A stretch of DNA of 64,000 nt from a virus: positions 1 to 64,000 of IMG/VR virus record IMGVR_UViG_3300006924_000007; one strand, 5' to 3'. This document shows positions 9,033-16,745 of this stretch, piece after piece. The notes under the pieces are model-generated. The model was not told the DNA's origin. It saw nothing but the letters and a program-made list of their open reading frames with translations, and made no database searches. Numbering within the stretch: position 1 is the stretch's first letter; each line of letters opens with the position of its first letter. A program made the position numbers and the translations under genes.

Positions 9033-9549
9033 GATTGGTGATGACCTCTTTTGCTCTTCCTTCGTATTTACGACGAAGAACTGCGGGGACTTGACCAACA
9101 CAGAAACCAGGCATTTTCTTATCCTCCAGTTCATAACTAGGGATTGCAAGATACTCCCACTCAGAAATATCTTCATGTCCCTTTGGAATGATAAACAAGA
9201 TTACATCGAAAGAATCGATTGCATATCTTACTTGACCATTCTTTGCACCGTTGGTTGCATTTTTACCAGTTGTGCGACGAGTCTGCTCCATGTGGAGAGT
9301 ATTACCTCCACGATATTTTACCTGGATACGAATTCCGCCGGGAGTAATACGATCATACTTCTCTTGTTGTCCTTCAGAATCGTCAGGTGATGGAGTGGTT
9401 GCAATATCACAAACATTACGCAACCATTGTGGTGCGATAATGCGTTCTGTGGGAAATGCAAGAAACTTACCAATTTCCCGTGTGTCTCCCTCTTTAATCA
9501 GTTCTTCAAAACCGAGAGCAACGATTTCGGAAAGTTGTGAAACTCCCAT
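9013..9549 (-). CDS. putative restriction-type endonuclease
   Basis: YD...RIQVK (D...QxK variant of PD-(D/E)XK); overlaps MTase start. Confidence 0.6.
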   Translation of the reverse strand: MGVSQLSEIVALGFEELIKEGDTREIGKFLAFPTERIIAPQWLRNVCDIATTPSPDDSEGQQEKYDRITPGGIRIQVKYRGGNTLHMEQTRRTTGKNATNGAKNGQVRYAIDSFDVILFIIPKGHEDISEWEYLAIPSYELEDKKMPGFCVGQVPAVLRRKYEGRAKEVITNLENQRV

Positions 9550-9579
9550 CAGTGGTCTCCTTGTGTAATGTACTTAATC

Positions 9580-9637
9580 AGTATAGTATTAAAAAAGCAC
9601 CCTGTCAAGGGTGCTGTGCCAGTTAATGAACTGAAAA
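9580..9637 (-). promoter_or_regulatory. early promoter with -35 inside a terminator hairpin, plus palindrome
   Basis: TTGACA(9603-9608)-17-TATACT; AGCACCC..GGGTGCT stem + T-run; GTGCCAGTTAATGAACTG from 9616. Confidence 0.8.
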
Positions 9638-9639
9638 GT

Positions 9640-9966
9640 TTAAGATTTAAATCTGTTGAACAGGATAGACTCTAACCCATATGCCTCCTCCTCTCTCTGA
9701 GTGTCATCAAACTGACCATTTTCATTCTGAACAACATGAACAAGTTCATGCAATAGTGTGGTAATGTAATCATTCTCATTCAAATCATTGTGAATCTGAA
9801 TGAATTGCTCATCACCATTGATTTCAGTAAAACCAAATGCATTGTCATCAGTGAGATCTGTATGAAATACTTCAACATCACTCTTTACACCATAGAGTGA
9901 TGTAAAGAACTCAAATATACTTTGAGCAAGATGTGAGTGTGATGATTGTCCAGAAGTGAAAAGCAT
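9640..9966 (-). CDS. HExxH metallopeptidase-like protein
   Basis: TTLLHELVHV...EEEAY. Confidence 0.7.
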   Translation of the reverse strand: MLFTSGQSSHSHLAQSIFEFFTSLYGVKSDVEVFHTDLTDDNAFGFTEINGDEQFIQIHNDLNENDYITTLLHELVHVVQNENGQFDDTQREEEAYGLESILFNRFKS

Positions 9967-9971
9967 TGATG

Positions 9972-10379
9972 TCATACTGCAAGTGCTCCTTCTGGAATTT
10001 CAGTAAGTTCAGGAAGTTTATCATTGAACTCATTCATGTCATAGCATACCCACTCACCACTACGGAAGATGTAAGAATACTCTTCACCTTCTTTCAAATA
10101 CTCACATACGTTGTTGTCAAGACGGGGAGGGCAACTCTCACCACGAGCAGAATAATACTCAGGAGAATACTCACCCTCAGGAAGTTTATCACCCCAGATA
10201 GAATCAGTCCAGCAAGATGACATGTCACCACCATCAATCAGTTCTGCTACTTTCTCCTTTGTATTGTAGTGCGTCTTGAGAATCCGACCCAACCAAGTAG
10301 GATAACCATCCCAGTGATGATAAACAGAAAGAATAGAATCATCTGAGAGTTGAATGCCAATGCGTGAGCGAGTTGCCAT
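9972..10379 (-). CDS. conserved cyanophage hypothetical protein
   Basis: MATRSRIG...YHHWDGYP motif. Confidence 0.8.
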   Translation of the reverse strand: MATRSRIGIQLSDDSILSVYHHWDGYPTWLGRILKTHYNTKEKVAELIDGGDMSSCWTDSIWGDKLPEGEYSPEYYSARGESCPPRLDNNVCEYLKEGEEYSYIFRSGEWVCYDMNEFNDKLPELTEIPEGALAV

Positions 10380-10479
10380 GCTAGAAAGAGAAGGTGGATG
10401 AGAGGCGGCAGAAGTTTGTCTCTGCTCTTATGTGTGTTGCCTCTGGGTGTGTTGTGTCAGGTCTCCCCTCCACTCATCT

Positions 10480-10537
10480 AATATACACGAAAAAGGGGGG
10501 TATGAAACCCCCCTTGTGCCACTTATTCAAGTGTCCC
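10480..10537 (-). promoter_or_regulatory. early promoter/terminator hairpin with palindrome
   Basis: TATATT -10; G6/C6 stem + T-run; GTGCCACTTATTCAAGTGTCCC 10516-10537. Confidence 0.75.
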
Positions 10538-10539
10538 AA

Positions 10540-10767
10540 TCAGTCTTCATAAACTAAACATTCAGGTTCTGATGGGTTGGCATCACAATATAGTTCAAGT
10601 GCAGTTGGATCATGATGATCACCTGCTTCAATTTCTTTCTGATGATGTTCTACATAATCTTCCAATTCATGTAGTTCACCTTCAATGTGACGACGTTGAT
10701 TAGGAGAAGTTAGAGGGTTGTCAAGGATCTGTTTATCTACCTCAATATGCTGCTCGATTGTGTCCAT
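10540..10767 (-). CDS. cp12: CP12 Calvin-cycle inhibitor (auxiliary metabolic gene)
   Basis: C-terminal LELYCDANPSEPECLVYED signature. Confidence 0.92.
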   Translation of the reverse strand: MDTIEQHIEVDKQILDNPLTSPNQRRHIEGELHELEDYVEHHQKEIEAGDHHDPTALELYCDANPSEPECLVYED

Positions 10768-10812
10768 GCGAAGTTTTGTAATTTGTTTTACTTATTTATT
10801 TTGATTAATGGT

Positions 10813-10977
10813 TCAAAGTGCTACATTTGCACTATTCTTGAGTCTTTGAACCATAGAATCTGCGAGTGCTTCCATCCTTTCGGGATGAATTGAACGGATT
10901 CCTGCCTCTTTTAAGGCAATTTCCATACTTTTCTCCTCTATTTCTGTCAATTTCTTGCCATTTTGGGGAAGAGTCAT
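10813..10977 (-). CDS. small hypothetical protein (MTLPQNGKKL...)
   Basis: 54-aa ORF. Confidence 0.55.
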   Translation of the reverse strand: MTLPQNGKKLTEIEEKSMEIALKEAGIRSIHPERMEALADSMVQRLKNSANVAL

Positions 10978-11071
10978 AGGTGTCTTGCTTTTACTGAGAT
11001 ATTTTAGCGTTTCCGCACAAAATTAGTTAGTAATTTAAGGTTTTCTTTGTAATTGCTTTACAAATATTGTG

Positions 11072-11446
11072 CTAAGTTCCTGGTGTCCATTCGTATCCAC
11101 CTTCTTTACTAATTCTATCCATCTCTTGTTTTAAAGAAGAATTGAATTTTAAATGATTCTCATCATACCAAAAATTTTCCCATTGTTTCATGGACTCCTC
11201 AGATCCATCTTTTCCTGAAAAAGCAATAGTTTCTTTCTTTGATGTGAGTGCTGATTCACCTTTTAAGAGCTCTAAAAGTTTCTTACTATGTTTATAGCAT
11301 GTTTCATGATAGTCTCTTCTCTCTCTGACAGTTCTTACAATTGTTTCATATACTTGTTGTGGAGTGTGTGGAGACTCTAATGATTCTTTCACCCAATCGG
11401 ATAACATATTCAGTGAGTAATCTTCATGCTCATCAAATGGTTTCAT
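11072..11446 (-). CDS. hypothetical protein
   Basis: 124-aa ORF ending GGYEWTP. Confidence 0.7.
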   Translation of the reverse strand: MKPFDEHEDYSLNMLSDWVKESLESPHTPQQVYETIVRTVRERRDYHETCYKHSKKLLELLKGESALTSKKETIAFSGKDGSEESMKQWENFWYDENHLKFNSSLKQEMDRISKEGGYEWTPGT

Positions 11447-11594
11447 CTAGATTATCTTTGACTAGGGTCTCTATCATAGTGCTAATTTCTTTACTTGTCA
11501 AGTTATTTAAAAAATTCCACTTAGGATCATTCTTATCCCATTCTATAGTAAATGTACCATCGTTATTCTGGTTTACTTTCAGACTGTCTTCCAT
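11433..11594 (-). CDS. small hypothetical protein (MEDSLKVNQNNDGTFTIEWD...)
   Basis: 53-aa ORF. Confidence 0.6.
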   Translation of the reverse strand: MEDSLKVNQNNDGTFTIEWDKNDPKWNFLNNLTSKEISTMIETLVKDNLDETI

Positions 11595-11862
11595 TTTTCT
11601 TTAATTGCTTTCTAATCATTTTAGCATACGTAACCTCTTCTTGGGAATACCAGTTGGGATGTTTTTTGGATCTTTTGATAATTTTTTTGGTTGCCTTTTT
11701 GTCGGATAAATCCACTTTAAGTCTTATTTGGATGTTTTAAGTATTTAACAACTTTGCATTAAAAAACCCCCTTGCGAGGGTTAATCGTATTAAATTCTCT
11801 GAATAATCAAGGCGGATGCAGATAAACTAACATTTTTTACCTCTAACTGACTGTGTGCAAAC

Positions 11863-12024
11863 TTAAGTTAGAACCTCCCGACAGATTCTTTTACAGACTG
11901 ACTGATTATTGTCACATTCTACCAGACATTCATAATACTCGTTGATCAAATTATCAGAAATTTCAGACTTGTTTTCCTCCAGTTTAAAACCTGCTAATTG
12001 ATTAAACGATATTAAATTGTGCAT
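11863..12024 (-). CDS. small Cys-containing hypothetical protein (MHNLISFNQL...ECLVECD...CKRIC)
   Basis: GGAGG RBS, 53 aa, hairpin+T-run terminator at ~11761-11782. Confidence 0.7.
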   Translation of the reverse strand: MHNLISFNQLAGFKLEENKSEISDNLINEYYECLVECDNNQSVCKRICREVLT

Positions 12025-12170
12025 GATGAACCTCCATGTATTAGATAAGCAAAAGACATAATATAAAGATTTTCAGATCATTGTTCCTCCGAAGTTCTCC
12101 CTAATATTTATCACGAATTGCTGACATTTGCAAGTTTCTGAAATAAAAATTTATGCCTAGGATGATGTGC

Positions 12171-12338
12171 TTATCTTGATATAGTCTTGAGAACTTCTTG
12201 TTGTTTGAGGTAAAGTTTCATATAACATTTACATATATCTCTCAGTTCATCAGGAGTTAAACCATCAAGATCACGAGACATCTTTTCATAGGTAAATTGC
12301 CTACTTGTAGTTTCTAAAGTAATTTTTTCTGGATCCAT
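12171..12338 (-). CDS. NblA-like phycobilisome degradation protein (tentative)
   Basis: 55 aa, MDPEKITLETTSRQFTYEK...KLYLKQQEV; size and L..QF...LY..Q pattern resemble NblA. Confidence 0.45.
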   Translation of the reverse strand: MDPEKITLETTSRQFTYEKMSRDLDGLTPDELRDICKCYMKLYLKQQEVLKTISR

Positions 12339-12371
12339 AACTTTAACTATAGTTCTTTATTAGTTATATTA

Positions 12372-12566
12372 TTACCATCTTTTTGTTTTGAGATAATCTA
12401 AAACATCATTGCGAACATCCATCAGTTCATGATAACATTTTTGATTACGAGCACAATCGCGGAGAGATGCATCAGGTTTAATCACGGATTCAATAAAGAT
12501 ATCAAGTCCACGATTCCACTTTTCCTGTTTGCTTTCGCAATCTTCAATGCTGTTTTGATCCTTCAT
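12372..12566 (-). CDS. hypothetical protein
   Basis: 64-aa coupled ORF. Confidence 0.7.
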   Translation of the reverse strand: MKDQNSIEDCESKQEKWNRGLDIFIESVIKPDASLRDCARNQKCYHELMDVRNDVLDYLKTKRW

Positions 12567-12796
12567 CGTTTTTTCTTCAGATTTTTTTCTATGTATGAAA
12601 CAGCAGATGGATAATTTTTTGAAGTGTGAACGATCGATCCGTTGTTGATAATCACAAACTTTTTAGATTTTGCGAGTGGAACAGCTGCCCACATACCATC
12701 CTTGGTTACATAACCACTTGGATATCCAACTTTGTTTTCTAAAATGTCTTTGTTAGGACAAGTGTAGAACTTTCGGTAGTCTTTTGATTCACTCAT
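12563..12796 (-). CDS. hypothetical protein
   Basis: GYVTKDGMWAAVP motif. Confidence 0.7.
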   Translation of the reverse strand: MSESKDYRKFYTCPNKDILENKVGYPSGYVTKDGMWAAVPLAKSKKFVIINNGSIVHTSKNYPSAVSYIEKNLKKKR

Positions 12797-12936
12797 TAGA
12801 AGACGGCAGTAACACTTACAACTGTTGCCGTAGGATTACGTGCAAGTGCAGTTTTTCTTGCTTCTTCATAGTTTCGTGCGATGACAATCTCATCAAAGAC
12901 GGTGCCAGAAACATAGAGTTGAACTTTGCACTTCAT
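12796..12936 (-). CDS. small hypothetical protein (MKCKVQLYVSG...ALARNP)
   Basis: 46-aa ORF behind promoter unit, TAATG overlap. Confidence 0.7.
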   Translation of the reverse strand: MKCKVQLYVSGTVFDEIVIARNYEEARKTALARNPTATVVSVTAVF

Positions 12937-12961
12937 GGGAGGTTCCCTTGATTACCTTTGT

Positions 12962-13018
12962 ATTATAGCAGAGTGGAGCAGCATTCTACTCCTGATGTGA
13001 CAGTTCTACTTCCGGACC
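12962..13018 (-). promoter_or_regulatory. early promoter with degenerate palindrome
   Basis: TATAAT 12962-12967; GTGACAGTT at 12997. Confidence 0.7.
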
Positions 13019-14181
13019 ACCGAGATGGCAGGTTCACCCTGCTCAAATACAGTGTCAACCACTGCCTGTACGCTCTTGGCAGTGCTGATTCCCACCTTAT
13101 CAAAGACTGGCACGCAGACCAGTCCAAAGGTCTTCTCAGCACCACCCAGACGGATCACACGACCGATAGACTGACTGATTCCAATGTAGTTCATGTTTCG
13201 CATGAATAGAACTGCCTCCAGTCCCTTGACATTGATGCCCTCGGACAGGATAGAGTGGTGCATGACAACAAAACGAGTGCTATCCTGACCCCAGGTATTC
13301 AAAGTCTTGAAGAATTCCTCACGGGAAACTTTCTTACCATTGATGATTGCACCGGTCTTAGATGTAATATACATCCAGTTGTATCCACGCTCATGTAGTT
13401 GCTGACAAAAGTCAGATTGACTTACCATACGCAGAATCTGCTTGGTAGAACGTGCTGCAATTAGAATCTTATTGAGTGAGTTTGCATCAATAGTATCAAG
13501 CAGATTCTTCTCATCAGATTGCTTGAAATCTCCCTGAGGCAGTTGCTGAACCACAACTTTGGGAGGAAGGATATAACCTTCTTTGACAAGTTGAGGTGCA
13601 GGAATGTTGCAGATGACCTGACCATAAACCTCAGGATCATTCATTCCTGGTTTGAATACAGACAACGAGTGCTTAGGAGTCGCAGTGAAGAAATAGCAAC
13701 GATCAGCATCGCTACTGAAGAACTCAGTTGCAGGAAAGAAGTTACGTTGAACTGAGTTATGTGCCTCATCAAAGTAAATTGTATTCACTTCAATGTCTGC
13801 CTCTACAAGACGATGTAGGGAGTGATATGTGGTGAAGATGATGACATTCTCACCAGCAGTTCTTGCAGTGTTGTTGAACAGGTGAATTGTATCTGCTTTG
13901 GTGGTGCTGAAATACTCAACATCACCACTATGAACCTGCATTACATGAGTGTGAGTAGTATTAATCACCTCAAGAAACTCTTTGCAGAGTTGTTCTGCTA
14001 GAAGAATGCGGGGTGCTACAACAACAATAGTAGAACCATTATCAATATACTTTTGATTCTCAATAATATCATGTATCATACACATGGTCTTGCCACCACC
14101 CGTAGGGATGATGACCTGACCCCTGTCATATGCCAGCATTGCATTCAGTGCTTTCTTCTGGTGTGGGCGAAGGGTGACCAA
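13006..14181 (-). CDS. SF2 DEAD/DEAH-box helicase (type III Res-like)
   Basis: LRPHQ, PTGGGKT, DEAH, TATP, SEGIN, QSIGRVIR. Confidence 0.92.
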   Translation of the reverse strand: MVTLRPHQKKALNAMLAYDRGQVIIPTGGGKTMCMIHDIIENQKYIDNGSTIVVVAPRILLAEQLCKEFLEVINTTHTHVMQVHSGDVEYFSTTKADTIHLFNNTARTAGENVIIFTTYHSLHRLVEADIEVNTIYFDEAHNSVQRNFFPATEFFSSDADRCYFFTATPKHSLSVFKPGMNDPEVYGQVICNIPAPQLVKEGYILPPKVVVQQLPQGDFKQSDEKNLLDTIDANSLNKILIAARSTKQILRMVSQSDFCQQLHERGYNWMYITSKTGAIINGKKVSREEFFKTLNTWGQDSTRFVVMHHSILSEGINVKGLEAVLFMRNMNYIGISQSIGRVIRLGGAEKTFGLVCVPVFDKVGISTAKSVQAVVDTVFEQGEPAISVVRK

Positions 14182-14206
14182 GTGCTGTCCTGTTTGGTAT
14201 GAATAT

Positions 14207-14263
14207 ATTATAGCAGAAAACCACCCCGATTAGGAGGTGGTGTGACAGTTTTACAACCGGTTT
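14207..14263 (-). promoter_or_regulatory. early promoter/terminator hairpin with palindrome
   Basis: TATAAT 14207-14212; CCACC..GGTGG stem; GTGACAGTT at 14242. Confidence 0.75.
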
Positions 14264-14304
14264 CTATAGTGTCTTAAAGCTTCCTCTTCAACCCGGACAA
14301 AGGT

Positions 14305-14333
14305 AGTCTATAGGGTTTTCATGATTCTGTCAA
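14305..14333 (-). promoter_or_regulatory. sigma70-type promoter
   Basis: TTGACA-17-TAGACT. Confidence 0.55.
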
Positions 14334-14337
14334 GTTA

Positions 14338-16713
14338 TTATGTTGAACTTGTTACTGCCTCCCATGCAGAACCATTCCAGAAGTTAAGTTTGTTTGTGGT
14401 TGTGTTATACATGATTGCACCTTTAGGAAGGTTGCCATAACCACTCATTAAGTTTCTCTTGGTGCTATTGAATGTGGGGATTGCAAGTGAATCATATCCA
14501 GATTGATTCTGTGTCAATGTTGCAACACCACAGAATACTGTGCCACCTGTGCTAACATTAAGTCTTCTGGATTCATTGTTATAAACGACTGAACCACCAG
14601 GAATTCCAGATTCACCAAGAAGTTTCTTGGCAGTTGCTGTTCCAAATCCAGATTGAACTGGATTTACGTTTTGATTACCACCAGCATTTGAGGTGTGAAG
14701 ATTGGCAACGATGTCTAATTCTTCATTATTAAGTGAAGGCATGATGACAAAACTGCTCATCGTGGTACTTGCCATACCAACATCAAGAACAGATCTTGCA
14801 AAGTAAGTATTGATTCCAATTCTAGTTAAATATTTTTTATCTCCTGCATCAGTTGGAACTAGTCCTTGATTAGTTGCTCCATATCCTGCCGCAACAATAG
14901 GAGCAGTGGGAACAAATAATCCACTTCCGCCAAACATGACGAAACTATTTTGCGTTTGGAAACTTCCATTTGCAAAATCAGGAACAGTTTGTCCTAATGC
15001 AGATGGAATTATTCTTGGATCAGATATAAATGAACCATCAGTACTGGTGGCAATTCCAAGTTGTGTTGCAGAAATAATTTTTCCAAAGGCATAAGAATCT
15101 CCAAAAATTGCAGACTCAAAAGCACCTGCGGGTGGGAATCCATCAACACTATCTGTGCCAATCCCTAACTTCCCACCAACAAAAGTATTTCCTAAGAATG
15201 TTCCTATGCCATTTCCAACTTGAAAATTGCGACTAACAAGAAGATCATTGAAGGTCGAAATACCACTGGTTACACTAATAACAGCACTACTAGAAATTGG
15301 TAGAGCACTACCATCACCCAGAGTAAGTTGATTAGCACCTTGTCCTACGGTAAGAATACCAGCAACTTGTCCGTAACCACTTATAAATGTATTTCCTCCG
15401 ACTTCCAGTTCTCGTGTTAATGTAATACCATGACGATTAACACCTACTTTACCATCATATGTGGTTTCAAATTTAGTATTATCGTCATATCTAACCTTGA
15501 AACTTTCTGTTGTTCCGGCACCAGATCCAGAATGGAGATTGATATTAACTCCACCAAAATCATAGTTGGAGAGACTTAGTGTTCCTGAGTTGAAACTTAA
15601 AACACCACTACTATTACCTGTTCCAACAGATTGTCCGACACTAATTCTAGAAGTATTACTGGATGTAATAACATCTATTGCTGTATTTGTTGTCTTTCTG
15701 ATTTCAATATCAGAGGCAGGAGTATCAGAACCAATACCGAGTTTATTATCAACAACCAGTGCGGTTACAGTTGCGGATGAACCAACAATATTTCCTACTG
15801 TAATAGCAGGTGTACCATCAAGTCCGAATGAAGTTGATGCAAATCCTGCTGTCTGTGCAACACCACTCAAATATCCTGTGACATTACCAGTCACATTACC
15901 CGTAACATCACCTGTAACATCACCAGTTACATCTCCAGTGAGATTACCATCAAAACTTGTTGAAGTAGTGACACCAGTAACATTTAATCCACCAGCAGTA
16001 ATTTGTGCATCATCGGTGAATGTTGCAATACCAGATACTACAATACCTGTAGAGTTTGTATCAAACTTCGCGGCATTAACTTCTCCAGTTAAATTTCCGG
16101 TAAAACTTGTAGCAGTTACGGCACCACCAACATTTAAATCATTCTTTATCTCGGCACTGGAGAAGAATGTGGAGAATCCGGATGCAAGTATGCTTGAACC
16201 AGTTATAATGCCAGTTGCTCTGAATGAACCAGCAGTTACAATACCTGTGAAGTTACCTTGTCCTGTTGAATCAATACCAACACCATAAGTTGCCGATGTT
16301 GGATCATCACCAATTTGTAATAATGATACGGGATTAGTGGTGCCTACCCCAACATTAGCTATTGTGGAGATTCCTGCGTCGGTGATGGACCATCCGGTTC
16401 TTGCAACAGCAACAACACCGGATAGTAAACTACCATCACCAATAAATTGCTGTGCCGTTACAACACCGGTTGCATTAAGACTAGTTGCATCTAATACAGT
16501 TAATGTCGATACGCCCGATATGAATACGTCCTCAGTGACAAATAAGTCCGTTGTCGATACAACACCACTGACCTTTGCAGTTCCTCTTACATCAAGAAAC
16601 TCGCCCGGAATCGATGTGCCGATTCCGACCAGACCATTTGCATCTACTATGAAGTTGTCATTATCAACTTGGACACCATTACGAAAATTAAAGGACTTCT
16701 TATAATTTGCCAT
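14338..16713 (-). CDS. tail fibre-like structural protein
   Basis: VGIGT repeats, GDVT/GNVT repeats, C-terminal GAIMYNTT..L....G..W. Confidence 0.8.
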   Translation of the reverse strand: MANYKKSFNFRNGVQVDNDNFIVDANGLVGIGTSIPGEFLDVRGTAKVSGVVSTTDLFVTEDVFISGVSTLTVLDATSLNATGVVTAQQFIGDGSLLSGVVAVARTGWSITDAGISTIANVGVGTTNPVSLLQIGDDPTSATYGVGIDSTGQGNFTGIVTAGSFRATGIITGSSILASGFSTFFSSAEIKNDLNVGGAVTATSFTGNLTGEVNAAKFDTNSTGIVVSGIATFTDDAQITAGGLNVTGVTTSTSFDGNLTGDVTGDVTGDVTGNVTGNVTGYLSGVAQTAGFASTSFGLDGTPAITVGNIVGSSATVTALVVDNKLGIGSDTPASDIEIRKTTNTAIDVITSSNTSRISVGQSVGTGNSSGVLSFNSGTLSLSNYDFGGVNINLHSGSGAGTTESFKVRYDDNTKFETTYDGKVGVNRHGITLTRELEVGGNTFISGYGQVAGILTVGQGANQLTLGDGSALPISSSAVISVTSGISTFNDLLVSRNFQVGNGIGTFLGNTFVGGKLGIGTDSVDGFPPAGAFESAIFGDSYAFGKIISATQLGIATSTDGSFISDPRIIPSALGQTVPDFANGSFQTQNSFVMFGGSGLFVPTAPIVAAGYGATNQGLVPTDAGDKKYLTRIGINTYFARSVLDVGMASTTMSSFVIMPSLNNEELDIVANLHTSNAGGNQNVNPVQSGFGTATAKKLLGESGIPGGSVVYNNESRRLNVSTGGTVFCGVATLTQNQSGYDSLAIPTFNSTKRNLMSGYGNLPKGAIMYNTTTNKLNFWNGSAWEAVTSST

Positions 16714-16745
16714 CTACTTTAGAATACTTTAGGATCTCCATCTAG

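Noticed and set aside
9033-9176. N-terminal extension of the MTase in the ORF track
   Set aside because: Overlaps the upstream nuclease gene; MTase homology begins near TTG 9032.
11048-11062. NtcA-like palindrome TGTAATTGCTTTACA upstream of cp12 region
   Set aside because: Spacing is GTA-N7-TAC, not the canonical N8.
13006-14181. Helicase as Res subunit of a type III R-M system with the Mod-like MTase
   Set aside because: No C-terminal nuclease domain, 4 kb away in a separate promoter unit.
15566-16705. Long plus-strand ORFs (240 and 122 aa) and similar antisense ORFs throughout
   Set aside because: Shadow frames of Gly/Thr-rich minus-strand genes; no RBS or motifs.
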